DNA from: Spirochaetia bacterium
GTDB taxonomy: Bacteria; Spirochaetota; Spirochaetia; SP-2023
DNA length: 64,000 nt
Assembly: GCA_965225855.1 (NCBI GenBank)
Contig: CBDDCK010000005.1
Span: forward strand, 736,001 to 800,000
Direction of reading: 5' to 3'
Shown here: one piece after another, positions 47,669 to 57,155 of the stretch
Numbering within the stretch: the stretch's first letter is position 1
How the letters are laid out: each line of letters begins with the position of its first letter
Notes under the pieces: model-generated
Told to the model about the DNA's origin: nothing
What the model saw: only the letters and a program-made list of their open reading frames with translations
Databases searched by the model: none
Made by a program: the position numbers and the translations under genes

Positions 47669-48737
47669 CCGTGACATAGAACGATACACAGAGATTATTG
47701 AAAACTCGAATTTTTCAGATAAAGAGAGGGTAAAAGCGTATAACAACAGAGGCAATGCTTACAGGAGACAAAAAGAATATGAGCCCGCAATAGCGGATTT
47801 TATAGAGGCTATTGCGTTAGCAACAGATAATGAAACAAAAGCAATTGCGTATTTCAACAGAAGCTTTGCGTACTTTCAGCAAAAGAAATACGAGCTAGCG
47901 ATAAAGGACTTTACGCAAACCATTGATTTATTTACATATAGTAACCAAATGATACAGCGAGTGTTAAGAGAAGCTAAGACAAACTTTGATAATCGAGATT
48001 ATAGTGAAGCGATAGAAAAATATCAAAATATAATTCCTTCCTTAAAAGAGAATGAGGTTGGGAAAAAAGCGTATCAAGGGAGAAGTGATTCATATTTAAA
48101 ATTGGGAAAGCATAATGAGTCGATAGCCGATCATAAAAAGGCCATAGACTTAGATAGGCAATTAGAATCAGCAAAACTTTATTTGTGCCTTGCAGAAACA
48201 AAAAAGGCAGTAGAAGAAAGCAATAAGGTAAAAGAGGAATTTCAAAGCTTATATGGAGATGCCGGCAGTATTGGGCTGGCAACAGGATATGAAAAGCAAC
48301 AAGATAAACTAAATAAATATGTGAAGAAATGTACGATATGGTTTATAGTAGGAATAGGAGCGCTAATCGCTGTAGCTTTATGGCAGATATTTTGCAATAA
48401 GGATTCTTTTAGTCTTACTACTATACTCACCGCCTTGCCTTTGCTTGCCCCCATAATATGGCTTACCAGTTTCTTTGCCAAACGCAGGAGCGAGGCCAAT
48501 ATGCTTTTGCAAGAATATAGCCACAAAACCATATTTGCCAAATCTTATAGTGCTTATAAACAGGAAATAGAAAACCTAAAAAGCCCAGACTTGAACCTAC
48601 AGCCCAAGCTATTAGCAGCAATGATAGACACCATAAAACACAGCCCGAAAACTATTTTTAGCAAAAAACACTCCAGCGACTTACCGATTGAAGAGCTAAA
48701 GCAAATAATCGAGCTTGCTAAAACATTAAAAAGTTAG
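47661..48737 (+). CDS. TPR protein (about 4 repeats) with coiled-coil and 2-TM C-terminal domain
   Basis: Overlaps the mod3 stop by 8 nt; 3' half nearly identical to 44406-45506. Confidence 0.85.
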   Translation: MNNRDIERYTEIIENSNFSDKERVKAYNNRGNAYRRQKEYEPAIADFIEAIALATDNETKAIAYFNRSFAYFQQKKYELAIKDFTQTIDLFTYSNQMIQRVLREAKTNFDNRDYSEAIEKYQNIIPSLKENEVGKKAYQGRSDSYLKLGKHNESIADHKKAIDLDRQLESAKLYLCLAETKKAVEESNKVKEEFQSLYGDAGSIGLATGYEKQQDKLNKYVKKCTIWFIVGIGALIAVALWQIFCNKDSFSLTTILTALPLLAPIIWLTSFFAKRRSEANMLLQEYSHKTIFAKSYSAYKQEIENLKSPDLNLQPKLLAAMIDTIKHSPKTIFSKKHSSDLPIEELKQIIELAKTLKS

Positions 48738-48774
48738 CGTTGTCTTTCAAGAAATAGCCCGGGCGATTCAGGCC

Positions 48775-48969
48775 AAGCGCCCCGGCTAAATACGGGAAGC
48801 GCCCGCCTTAAATACGGGGAGAGCCGAAGCTAAATACGGGAAGCGCCCGCCCTAAATACGCTTAGAGCTTGGGCTAAATACGGGAAGAGCCCGCCCTAAA
48901 TACGCTTAGAGCTTGGCCACTGTAGATAAATTGATTATGATTATACACTATAACTAAATAGGAGAAACC
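48775..48969 (+). repeat. 22-bp-period array 6 (6 units) plus leader
   Basis: AATACG at 48789, 48811, 48833, 48855, 48877, 48899; ends in aaataggagaaacc. Confidence 0.9.
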
Positions 48970-49137
48970 ATGAAGACCCCACCCCTAAGCCTAGAAAGTC
49001 AAAAGAAAATACTTGTCGGCTTTTGGGAACTCAATCAATTATATGTTCCCTACACCGAACGCAAGGACACGCGCTTTAACTGCACGGACCAAGAAATTAC
49101 CCTAAGCGAGAATTTTTGTATGGGAGGCCAAGCATGA
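48970..49137 (+). pseudogene. Mini-mod: in-frame fusion of the first about 9 and last about 46 codons of a mod gene
   Basis: MKTPPLSLE-SQKKILVGFWELNQLYVPYTERKDTRFNCTDQEITLSENFCMGGQA*. Confidence 0.9.
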
Positions 49138-50552
49138 GCAACAAAGAAATAGAACGGTACACACAAATTATTGAAACCCCAATTCTACCAATGAAGAGAG
49201 GGCGGTGGCGTATGGTGGTAAAGGGATTACTTATTTTCAACAAAAAGAATACGAGCCCGCCATAGCCGACTTTAACCAAGCCATTGAGTTATTTACAGAT
49301 AATAACGACAAAGCAATAGCTTATACCAACAGAGGCAATGCTTATAAAGAACAAAAAGAATACGAGCCCGCCATAGCGGACTTTAACCAAGCCATTGAGT
49401 TATTTACAGATAACAACGACAAAGCAATAGCTTATACCAACAGAGGCGCTGCGTACTTTGAACAAGGAGAATACCAGCTAGCAATAGCGGATTTTACCCA
49501 GGCCATTGGGCTAGCTGTAGATAATAACCTTAAAGCAATGGCATATATTGACAAAGGAACTGCTTACGAACAACAAGAACAATACGAGCCCGCCATAGCG
49601 GACTTTACCCAAGCCATTCATTTATACAGAGATAACAACGAAAAAGCAAAGGCTTATAACGGCAGAGGCCTTACTTATGGGAAACAAGAACAATACGAGC
49701 CCGCCATAGCGGACTACACACAGGCCATTGAGCGATATATGGATAATAACTTTAAAGCAAAGGCCTATAACAACAGAGGCTATGCTTACGGAGAACAAGA
49801 AAAATACCAACAAGCGATAGCGGACTACACACAGGCCATTGGCTTATTTACAGACAATAACGACAAAGCAAAGGCCTATAATAACAGAGGCTATGCTTAC
49901 GGAGAACAAGAAAAATACCAACAAGCGATAGCGGACTACACACAGGCCATTGGCTTATTTACAGACAATAACGACAAAGCAAAGGCCTATAACAACAGAG
50001 GCTATGCTTACGGAGAACAAAAAGAATACGAGCTAGCGATAGCGGACTTTACCCAAGCCATTCATTTATACAGAGATAACAACGACAAAGCAAAGGCCTA
50101 TAATAACAGAGGCCTTACTTATGGGAAACAAGAAAAATATGATAATGAAGGAAATAAAGAAGAATCTTAAAATAATTAAGAGAAAAAGAGCCGAATGTAT
50201 ACCCAAAAAGTTTAGAGTTACTAAGCGGTTTGCACTATTTGATAAAAGATGCCAGCTATGCCTACGAACAAGAATACCGTTTCGTGTGTTTTGCCAGCAC
50301 AGAACATATGCCCGAGATATTACAAAGAGAAAACCAGACCAAGAGCCAAAAGATACCCAAGACCATAGCTGCTCTCGTATTTATGTAGAAACCGATATAC
50401 TAGAAAAGTTATCCGCGGTGCTAACGGCCCCGAAAATAGAAAAGGCAAAAGTCCTAGATATACAGTATTTTTTGCATTGGTATACAAAGTCGGGCCAATT
50501 CTCCAAACAAGAACAATTGCCTGTATATACAAGCCGTATTCCGTACCGCTAG
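49134..50552 (+). pseudogene. Decayed TPR (about 8.5 repeats) + DUF2971-like 3' fragment
   Basis: ATG 49134 (MSNKEIERYTQII) frameshifts near 49175. TPRs run to about 50140, then join a frameshifted copy of roughly 37340-37790. Confidence 0.85.
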
Positions 50553-50826
50553 CTTGCCGCCCGGCCCGGCCTGCACTTGACTGCACGCAAAAAATATATA
50601 CACAACAACTCAAGAAATTCCCCTAGGCAAAGCGTTTTACTGCCAAGCTCCTAAGTTTTGAATACTTAAAAGATTGACTAAAGACAAAGTCCCTTGTTCA
50701 ATTTAGTTTTTTGCTGCTGCATATAAACCTTGTATAAATACGAAACTATTGATATATTCAAGCCGTTATAATTCTTTTACTTTTTTGATCTTTGTACTTT
50801 TTTGAACCATTTTAAGGAGTTTATCT

Positions 50827-51726
50827 ATGGCGGTACATAAAATCCAAAACGAAGAGCTTTCTGTTGAAGTTTCTACTCTTGGGGCAGAACTTTATTCGAT
50901 TAATCACCAAGGCACAGAGTATCTGTGGCCAGGCAACCCCGAAACTTGGAATGGCAGGGCTCCTATTTTATTCCCAATTATTGGGCCCTTATTGAATGGT
51001 AGCTACCAATTAGATGGCAAAAGTTACCAAATGGGGCAACATGGTTTTGCCCGCCACAGTGAATGGCAACTTATTCAAAGCGAAACAGATTTCCTACTTT
51101 TTTCCCTAAAGGAAAACGAACAAATCCAGAAGCTCTACCCTTTTGCTTTCTATTTAGAAGCAGGTTATCGTATTGTAAATAATAAACTAGAATGTAGTTA
51201 TCGGGTTAATAATCAATCGGCAATTGACATGCCTTTTGCCATCGGCAGTCATACGGCATTCCGAGTGCCGATTGACCCTTCATTAAACTTTAGCGACTAT
51301 GAATTAGAGTTTGAAAAACAAGAGGATACAGTCCGATATTTGCAAATCAGTGGAGGGCCTTTAAGCGGTGAAACGGTAGCATTTCGTACCCAAAACCGTA
51401 AGCTGCCTTTAGAGCATAGTTTTTTTGCCAATAGTTCTATTGTTTTTAAAGAATTAGCCTCGGAGCGCATTACGATTCAAAGTCCGAAAGACAAAGAAAA
51501 CCGTAAAGCTTCCATTTCTTTTGCTGGCTTTCCCTACTGTACATTGTGGACGTATTTTCACCGTAGTGAACCTTATTTGTGTATTGAACCTTGGTATGGT
51601 GTTACCCCAACAGTGGGCAGCAGTACAGACATGCGCGAGCGTGAAGGGAATTTGTGTTTAAAGCCCAAACAAGAATTTTCTTGTCAATTCCAAATTGCAC
51701 TTGGTTCAGTTAATTGTTTTAGTTAA
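50827..51726 (+). CDS. Aldose 1-epimerase family protein (LacX/GalM-like)
   Basis: GAEL.SI, APILFPIIG, QHGFAR, GSHTAF, CIEPWYG. Confidence 0.9.
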   Translation: MAVHKIQNEELSVEVSTLGAELYSINHQGTEYLWPGNPETWNGRAPILFPIIGPLLNGSYQLDGKSYQMGQHGFARHSEWQLIQSETDFLLFSLKENEQIQKLYPFAFYLEAGYRIVNNKLECSYRVNNQSAIDMPFAIGSHTAFRVPIDPSLNFSDYELEFEKQEDTVRYLQISGGPLSGETVAFRTQNRKLPLEHSFFANSSIVFKELASERITIQSPKDKENRKASISFAGFPYCTLWTYFHRSEPYLCIEPWYGVTPTVGSSTDMREREGNLCLKPKQEFSCQFQIALGSVNCFS

Positions 51727-51766
51727 ATAGTCTGGGAAATAAAAAGTCATAAATTAGGAGAAAGCT

Positions 51767-52003
51767 ATGGCAATGGATATGGCTGTTGTAGAGCAGCTAA
51801 TCAAAGAAAAGCTGCCCGATGCCCAAGTACATATTAGTGATTTTGTGGGGGATAATAACCATTTGTCTGCTACAGTAACATCGGCACAATTTGTGGGTAA
51901 AACGCGCGTGCAGCAACACAAGATGGTATTCGATGCCTTGGGCGAGAGAATGGGTGATGAACTCCATGCACTGGCAATTCAAACTATTGCCAAAGAAAAA
52001 TAA
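51767..52003 (+). CDS. bolA: BolA family protein
   Basis: GDNNH...S.QF.GKTRVQQHKMV...LHALAIQT. Confidence 0.92.
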   Translation: MAMDMAVVEQLIKEKLPDAQVHISDFVGDNNHLSATVTSAQFVGKTRVQQHKMVFDALGERMGDELHALAIQTIAKEK

Positions 52004-52017
52004 AAAAGGAAGAAACA

Positions 52018-52341
52018 ATGTCTGTAGAACAACAAATCAAGCAAATTGTGTCTGAATATGATGTAGTTGTATTTATGAAAGGCACACAACAACAACCTCT
52101 ATGTGGCTTTTCTAACACGGTTGCTCAAATTTTGGCCCACCTTCAAGTGAGTTATCACGATGTCAATGTATTGGAAGATGATGCGATTCGCGAAGGTGTC
52201 AAACAATTTTCCCAATGGCCAACGTTGCCCCAAGTATATGTCAAAGGGGAATTTTTGGGCGGTTGCGATATTATTCGGGAAATGTTTAATACCGAAGAAT
52301 TAGCACAGTACTTGGATAGTAAAGGTATTAACCATTGCTAA
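52018..52341 (+). CDS. grxD: Monothiol glutaredoxin Grx4
   Basis: FMKGT...CGFS, WPTLPQ, GGCDI. Confidence 0.95.
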   Translation: MSVEQQIKQIVSEYDVVVFMKGTQQQPLCGFSNTVAQILAHLQVSYHDVNVLEDDAIREGVKQFSQWPTLPQVYVKGEFLGGCDIIREMFNTEELAQYLDSKGINHC

Positions 52342-52448
52342 AAAGTACTTAAAGATTTACAAAGTAAAAGTAAAAGCCGTTTTGTCAGCAAAAAATAAAA
52401 GAACTGCTACTTTGTCATATTGCTTGCAGCTATTATACCATCTAGCTT

Positions 52449-54287
52449 ATGTTTAAACGCCTTTACCCTTACATGAAGCCTTTTGCGCGATATTTTTATC
52501 TAGCAATATTTTTACTAATATTAGATATTTTTGTTAATATTATGATTCCTTGGGCTACCGGACAAATTATTGATAAAGTATTCCAGGCAAGTTCTATAAG
52601 TTGGGAACTGCGCCGAGAAACTTTACACCACTTGCTACTACTACTAACTTCTTGTTTTATCGTTCTATTGCTGTGCATTTATTTGCGGGGTCTGGCAATA
52701 GAATGGTTTAGCCAAAAAACAATGCACAGCCTACGAGCAGCCCTGTTTAATCACATGCAAAAACTGGATATGAGTTTTTATCATCAAAACACGGTAGGGG
52801 AATTGATGTCTCGGGTTACCGGTGATATTGAACAGCTACGCAATTATTGTGCTCACGGTTTGCCTGCTACTGTATTTAATCTAATGTTTTTTCCTTCTGC
52901 AGCTATATATATGCTGTATTTAAATTGGCAGCTAACCCTCTTATGTTTGCTGGTATCGCCATTAATCGGATTGATAGCTGTTCGTTTTTCTAAAATCAGT
53001 AAACACAACCAAGAGTATAACCGCAAAATCTATGCCAAATTAAGTGCAGTCGTTCAAGAAAGTTTAAACGGTGTTCGAGTCATCCAGAATTTTATGAGTC
53101 AAGATTATCAAGCAAAGCGTTTTTTAGAATCAAACCGTAAGTTTACGGAGGGGAGGTATCGCTCTGTTAAAAATTGGGCAAAACACGTGCCTGTTCTCGA
53201 GGTATTAGGTTCTTTCAGCAATATTTTAGCTTTAACCATAGGCGGTTACATGGCCATTCGAGGGGATTTTAGCTTGGGGACTTGGATACAATTTACCGGT
53301 TATACTTGGATGTTAGTAATGCCCATGCGCCAACTGGGTGAATTAATTAGTTCCATAAATTTTGCCAGAGTTGCATCGGAGCGTTTGTTTTGCATTCTCG
53401 ATGAGCAACCCAAAATTTACAGCCCAGAAACGGGAGCGTATATACCGAAACAAACTTTACCTGAAGGCCTACATTCAATAGGGCAATTGCCTGGAGGTCA
53501 AATAATACAAACCTACCCTCAAGGAAAAGGTGAAATTGAATTTGTCAATGTTACTTGGTACGGCAGTGATGCAAATACAAAACAAGCTGAGCGAACAGCA
53601 ATATTGGAAAATATTTGCCTAAAAATTCCAGCAGGTAGTAGTCTGGGAATTATTGGCGAAACAGGTGTGGGTAAAACTTCTTTGGCTAATTTGATTTGCC
53701 GCTTTGCCGATCCAGATAATGGCCAAATTTTTATGGATGGAATCGATTTGCGGCAATGGGATATACATGCTTTGCGCTCCCAAATTTCTTATGTAATGCA
53801 AGAACCTTTTTTATTTTCCGATACCTTGGCTTTTAATATCAGCTTCAATGAATCCTCAATCTCGCAAGATAAAGTGATTCGTTCAGCGCAGCGCAGTGCA
53901 GCGCATAGTTTTATTGGCATGCTACAAGAAGGTTATCAAACTATGGTGGGCGAGCGTGGAGTAGGGCTTTCAGGTGGCCAGCGTCAACGCACAGCACTAG
54001 CTCGAGCCTTGGTAAAAGAAAGCTCAATCTTGATTTTAGATGATACCACTTCGGCAGTGGATATGGAAACCGAAAAAGAAATTCAGCAACAACTTTTGGC
54101 CGTGGATTCACACCATACCCGCATTATCATTGCCCATCGCCTTAGTTCTGTAATGCTTTGCACTCAAATTATTGTAATGGAAGAGGGCCGTATTATAGAG
54201 CGTGGCAATCACCAAGAATTGATGGCACAAGAAGGTTATTATTGCCAAGTCTTCAATGAGCAACAACTGCTTGAAAAAGAGGAATAG
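52449..54287 (+). CDS. ABC exporter, fused permease/ATPase (heterodimer subunit 1)
   Basis: 6-TM domain, GETGVGKT, LSGGQRQR, LILDD (degenerate Walker B), IAHR. Confidence 0.92.
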   Translation: MFKRLYPYMKPFARYFYLAIFLLILDIFVNIMIPWATGQIIDKVFQASSISWELRRETLHHLLLLLTSCFIVLLLCIYLRGLAIEWFSQKTMHSLRAALFNHMQKLDMSFYHQNTVGELMSRVTGDIEQLRNYCAHGLPATVFNLMFFPSAAIYMLYLNWQLTLLCLLVSPLIGLIAVRFSKISKHNQEYNRKIYAKLSAVVQESLNGVRVIQNFMSQDYQAKRFLESNRKFTEGRYRSVKNWAKHVPVLEVLGSFSNILALTIGGYMAIRGDFSLGTWIQFTGYTWMLVMPMRQLGELISSINFARVASERLFCILDEQPKIYSPETGAYIPKQTLPEGLHSIGQLPGGQIIQTYPQGKGEIEFVNVTWYGSDANTKQAERTAILENICLKIPAGSSLGIIGETGVGKTSLANLICRFADPDNGQIFMDGIDLRQWDIHALRSQISYVMQEPFLFSDTLAFNISFNESSISQDKVIRSAQRSAAHSFIGMLQEGYQTMVGERGVGLSGGQRQRTALARALVKESSILILDDTTSAVDMETEKEIQQQLLAVDSHHTRIIIAHRLSSVMLCTQIIVMEEGRIIERGNHQELMAQEGYYCQVFNEQQLLEKEE

Positions 54288-54290
54288 CTG

Positions 54291-56060
54291 ATGGTCGACA
54301 GCCAAATTGAAAACGAAGATGATATAGAACTAAGCCGAGAAACTTTATGGCGTTTACTTGGTTTACTAAGGCCTTGGAAATGGCACGTTATATGCGCTTT
54401 ATTGCTAATGGTCTTAGGGGCTTTAGCTATGTTGACCGGCCCGTATTTGACGAAATTATTAATTGATTATTATGTCCCGAACAAAAAAATTGCTTGGGTT
54501 TTTGGCATAGGCGGCCTTTATGCTTTATTAGTGATGTGCAATGGTGTTTGCCTGCGCTACCGAATAAAAATGATGGTAGTAATTGGCGATAAAGTCCTTG
54601 AAAAACTGCGCCAACAAGCTTTTGAACACGCTTTAAAACTCTCATTTTCATTTTATGACCAAATGCCTAGCAGCAAAGTTATGGTACGTATCGTTTACAA
54701 TACAGAACAATTGCAACAATTTTTAAAACATGGTTTTGTAAACTTGTTGATAGACCTTGTTCGCATTGTGTTAATTTTTGGACTTTTGTTAGCCATTAAC
54801 ATAAAACTAAGCCTAATTGTGCTAGCCTCTTCACCATTGATTGGCCTATTGGTTGCCCTGTTGCGTTCAACAATTCATGAGCGCTGGCAAACGGTGCAAC
54901 AAAAAAATTCAGTGGTCAACGCCTTTTTACAGGAAAATATTTCCGGTATAAAAGTCAATCAGTCCTATTTGCGAGAAGATAGCAATATTCAGCGTATGGA
55001 ACAAAACTTAAGCAGTTTTGTACGTCTGTGGATGCGCGCTATTGTAGCCAATAATGTTGTTTTCCCTTTAGTTTTGTTATTTAACAGTATATCCATTTTG
55101 TTGGTATATATTTATGGTTTTGAACAACTGCGCCTTGGGCTAATTTCTGTTGGCGGTTTAGTTACTTTTGCCCAATATACTTGGATGTTTAATGAACCTG
55201 TAGTCGCCATGAGCCAATATTACAGCCAGATCATGCAAGCTATTTCCGCAGCAGAGCGTGTCTTTGACATTCTCAACCGGCCGATAGAAATTAACAGCCC
55301 GCAACAGCCATTACCACTACTCCGTTGCCGTGGCAAAATTACTTTTGAAAATGTCGATTTTTCCTATAAACCAGAAATGCGGGTATTAAGAGATTTAAGC
55401 TTTGTGCTACAGCCGGGCGAACGAGTGGCCATTGTCGGCGAAACGGGTGCCGGTAAGACAACGATTATCAATTTACTCACGCGTTTTTACGATATTCAAG
55501 GCGGACGCATTTTACTGGATGACCAAGATATTTGCACATTCGATTTAAAAGATTTGCGAAGTAAAGTGGGCGTGATGATGCAAGATAGCTTTTTGTTTAA
55601 CAGCAGCATCCGTGAAAATATCCGCTATGGTAATTTAGCTGCAACCGATGAAGAAGTTTTGACCGCAGCTAAACTCGTCCACGCTCACGAATTTATAATA
55701 AAACAAGAAAATGCTTATGACACGATGATAGGAGAGCGTGGAGTAAAGCTATCGCTGGGGCAAAGGCAATTGCTAGCGTTTGCTCGCATATTACTTTATA
55801 ATCCGCAAGTGCTCATTTTAGATGAAGCAACTTCCAGCATTGACACAAAGACCGAAGCCTTATTACAACAAGCTATTGAAGTAGTGCTTTCCCAGCGTAC
55901 AAGTATCGTGATAGCCCATCGCCTTTCTACTGTTCGCAATGCCGATCGTATATTTGTTATGGCGAATGGACATATTATTGAAGAAGGGAAACACAAAGAG
56001 CTGCTTGCCAAAGGCGGAAAATATTTTCAATTATATGAAAGCTTGAAAATTGAAGCCTAA
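54291..56060 (+). CDS. ABC exporter, fused permease/ATPase (heterodimer subunit 2)
   Basis: GETGAGKT, LSLGQRQ, LILDEATS, IAHRLST. Confidence 0.92.
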   Translation: MVDSQIENEDDIELSRETLWRLLGLLRPWKWHVICALLLMVLGALAMLTGPYLTKLLIDYYVPNKKIAWVFGIGGLYALLVMCNGVCLRYRIKMMVVIGDKVLEKLRQQAFEHALKLSFSFYDQMPSSKVMVRIVYNTEQLQQFLKHGFVNLLIDLVRIVLIFGLLLAINIKLSLIVLASSPLIGLLVALLRSTIHERWQTVQQKNSVVNAFLQENISGIKVNQSYLREDSNIQRMEQNLSSFVRLWMRAIVANNVVFPLVLLFNSISILLVYIYGFEQLRLGLISVGGLVTFAQYTWMFNEPVVAMSQYYSQIMQAISAAERVFDILNRPIEINSPQQPLPLLRCRGKITFENVDFSYKPEMRVLRDLSFVLQPGERVAIVGETGAGKTTIINLLTRFYDIQGGRILLDDQDICTFDLKDLRSKVGVMMQDSFLFNSSIRENIRYGNLAATDEEVLTAAKLVHAHEFIIKQENAYDTMIGERGVKLSLGQRQLLAFARILLYNPQVLILDEATSSIDTKTEALLQQAIEVVLSQRTSIVIAHRLSTVRNADRIFVMANGHIIEEGKHKELLAKGGKYFQLYESLKIEA

Positions 56061-56173
56061 AGACTTTCAACTTTAGCAACAAATTTTTGTACTCAAAACC
56101 AAATTATGCAGTTTTTCGCTTAGTTAAATGCTTTTAGTCGATAGTAATTTCCTATAGCAGACTAGAAAAAACT

Positions 56174-56200
56174 TAAAGCATAACAACACAATGCCGACAC
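56174..56200 (+). promoter_or_regulatory. Putative sigma28 (FliA) promoter
   Basis: TAAA-N15-GCCGACAC versus consensus TAAA-N15-GCCGATAA, 62 nt upstream of the flgF ATG. Confidence 0.55.
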
Positions 56201-56262
56201 TGTGCTAAGAGTTTTTGCAGGCAAAATATGCTCTTATATGCTACTTTTGGAAGGATATATTA

Positions 56263-57126
56263 ATGGTAAGGAGTTTCTATACGAGCACAAGTGGGCTAAA
56301 GGCTCAAGAACAGCGCATGAATAATGTGGCCAACAATTTGGCAAATGTCAATCGTACAGGTTTTAAGCGCGATATTTCTGTAATGAAAGCTTTTCCTGAA
56401 ATGTTAATCAGCAGGCTCAATGACCAAGTGCAACGCCTACCTATTGGAAGTATTGACAATGGGCCGCTTATTGGAATGTTGGGAACTGGTGTTGAATCCA
56501 ACCAGACTTTCATTGATTTTTCGCAGGGCAGCCTTGTAGAAACAAAGCACCCATATGACATGGGCTTAGAGGGTGCAGGTTTTTTTGTGGTCGAAACCCC
56601 CCAGGGGGAACGCTATACTCGCAATGGCGAATTCACTCTTGGTAAAGAAGGTTTTCTCGAAACAAAAGAAGGGCTGCGTATTTTGGGAGAAAAAGGCCCT
56701 ATCTCACTCAAATTACACAATTTTCGTATCGACCGCAATGGCAATATTTTTTATAATCCAGAGTTTCAAAATGTCGGTCTTGTTGGTGAGCGCGATAATC
56801 GGTGGGAAAAAGAAGAATTATTAGATACCATGAGACTTGTAGGGTTTGAGCGACCACAGCATTTGGAAAAAATGGGCTCTTCTCTGTTTAAGCCCGCTTA
56901 TGAGAGTAATCTGGAAATACCCGTAAGTGGTTATCCGCAATTACTTACAGATAATCAGCGGCCCATAGTGCGTTGGAAAATGTTGGAAAAATCCAATATC
57001 AATGCGGTTTCGGAAATGGTTCAAATGATAGAAGTTCAGCGTGCTTATGAAGCGAATCAAAAAGTTATTCAAACCGATGATCAATTGCTGGGTCGTCTAA
57101 TAAATGGTGTGGGGAAATACGCTTAG
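56263..57126 (+). CDS. flgF: Flagellar basal-body rod protein FlgF
   Basis: ANNLANVN.TGFK, YTRNGEF, LEKSNINAVSEMV; precedes flgG; start ATG 56263. Confidence 0.85.
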   Translation: MVRSFYTSTSGLKAQEQRMNNVANNLANVNRTGFKRDISVMKAFPEMLISRLNDQVQRLPIGSIDNGPLIGMLGTGVESNQTFIDFSQGSLVETKHPYDMGLEGAGFFVVETPQGERYTRNGEFTLGKEGFLETKEGLRILGEKGPISLKLHNFRIDRNGNIFYNPEFQNVGLVGERDNRWEKEELLDTMRLVGFERPQHLEKMGSSLFKPAYESNLEIPVSGYPQLLTDNQRPIVRWKMLEKSNINAVSEMVQMIEVQRAYEANQKVIQTDDQLLGRLINGVGKYA

Positions 57127-57155
57127 AAAGATTTGGGTTTTTAGGAGATAATACT

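Noticed and set aside
33060..48969. 22-bp arrays as mini-CRISPRs or integron attC sites
   Set aside because: The variable parts are short and reused between arrays. I found no RYYYAAC...GTTRRRY attC structure and no integron integrase.
33209..49137. Invertase-driven shufflon
   Set aside because: All copies are in direct orientation and no site-specific recombinase is present.
35092..50170. Diversity-generating retroelement acting on the TPR repeats
   Set aside because: No reverse transcriptase in the window, and differences between repeats are not confined to adenines.
50121..50552. 143-aa stand-alone CDS
   Set aside because: Mixed-frame read-through of the decayed DUF2971-like fragment; only parts match 36633-37790.
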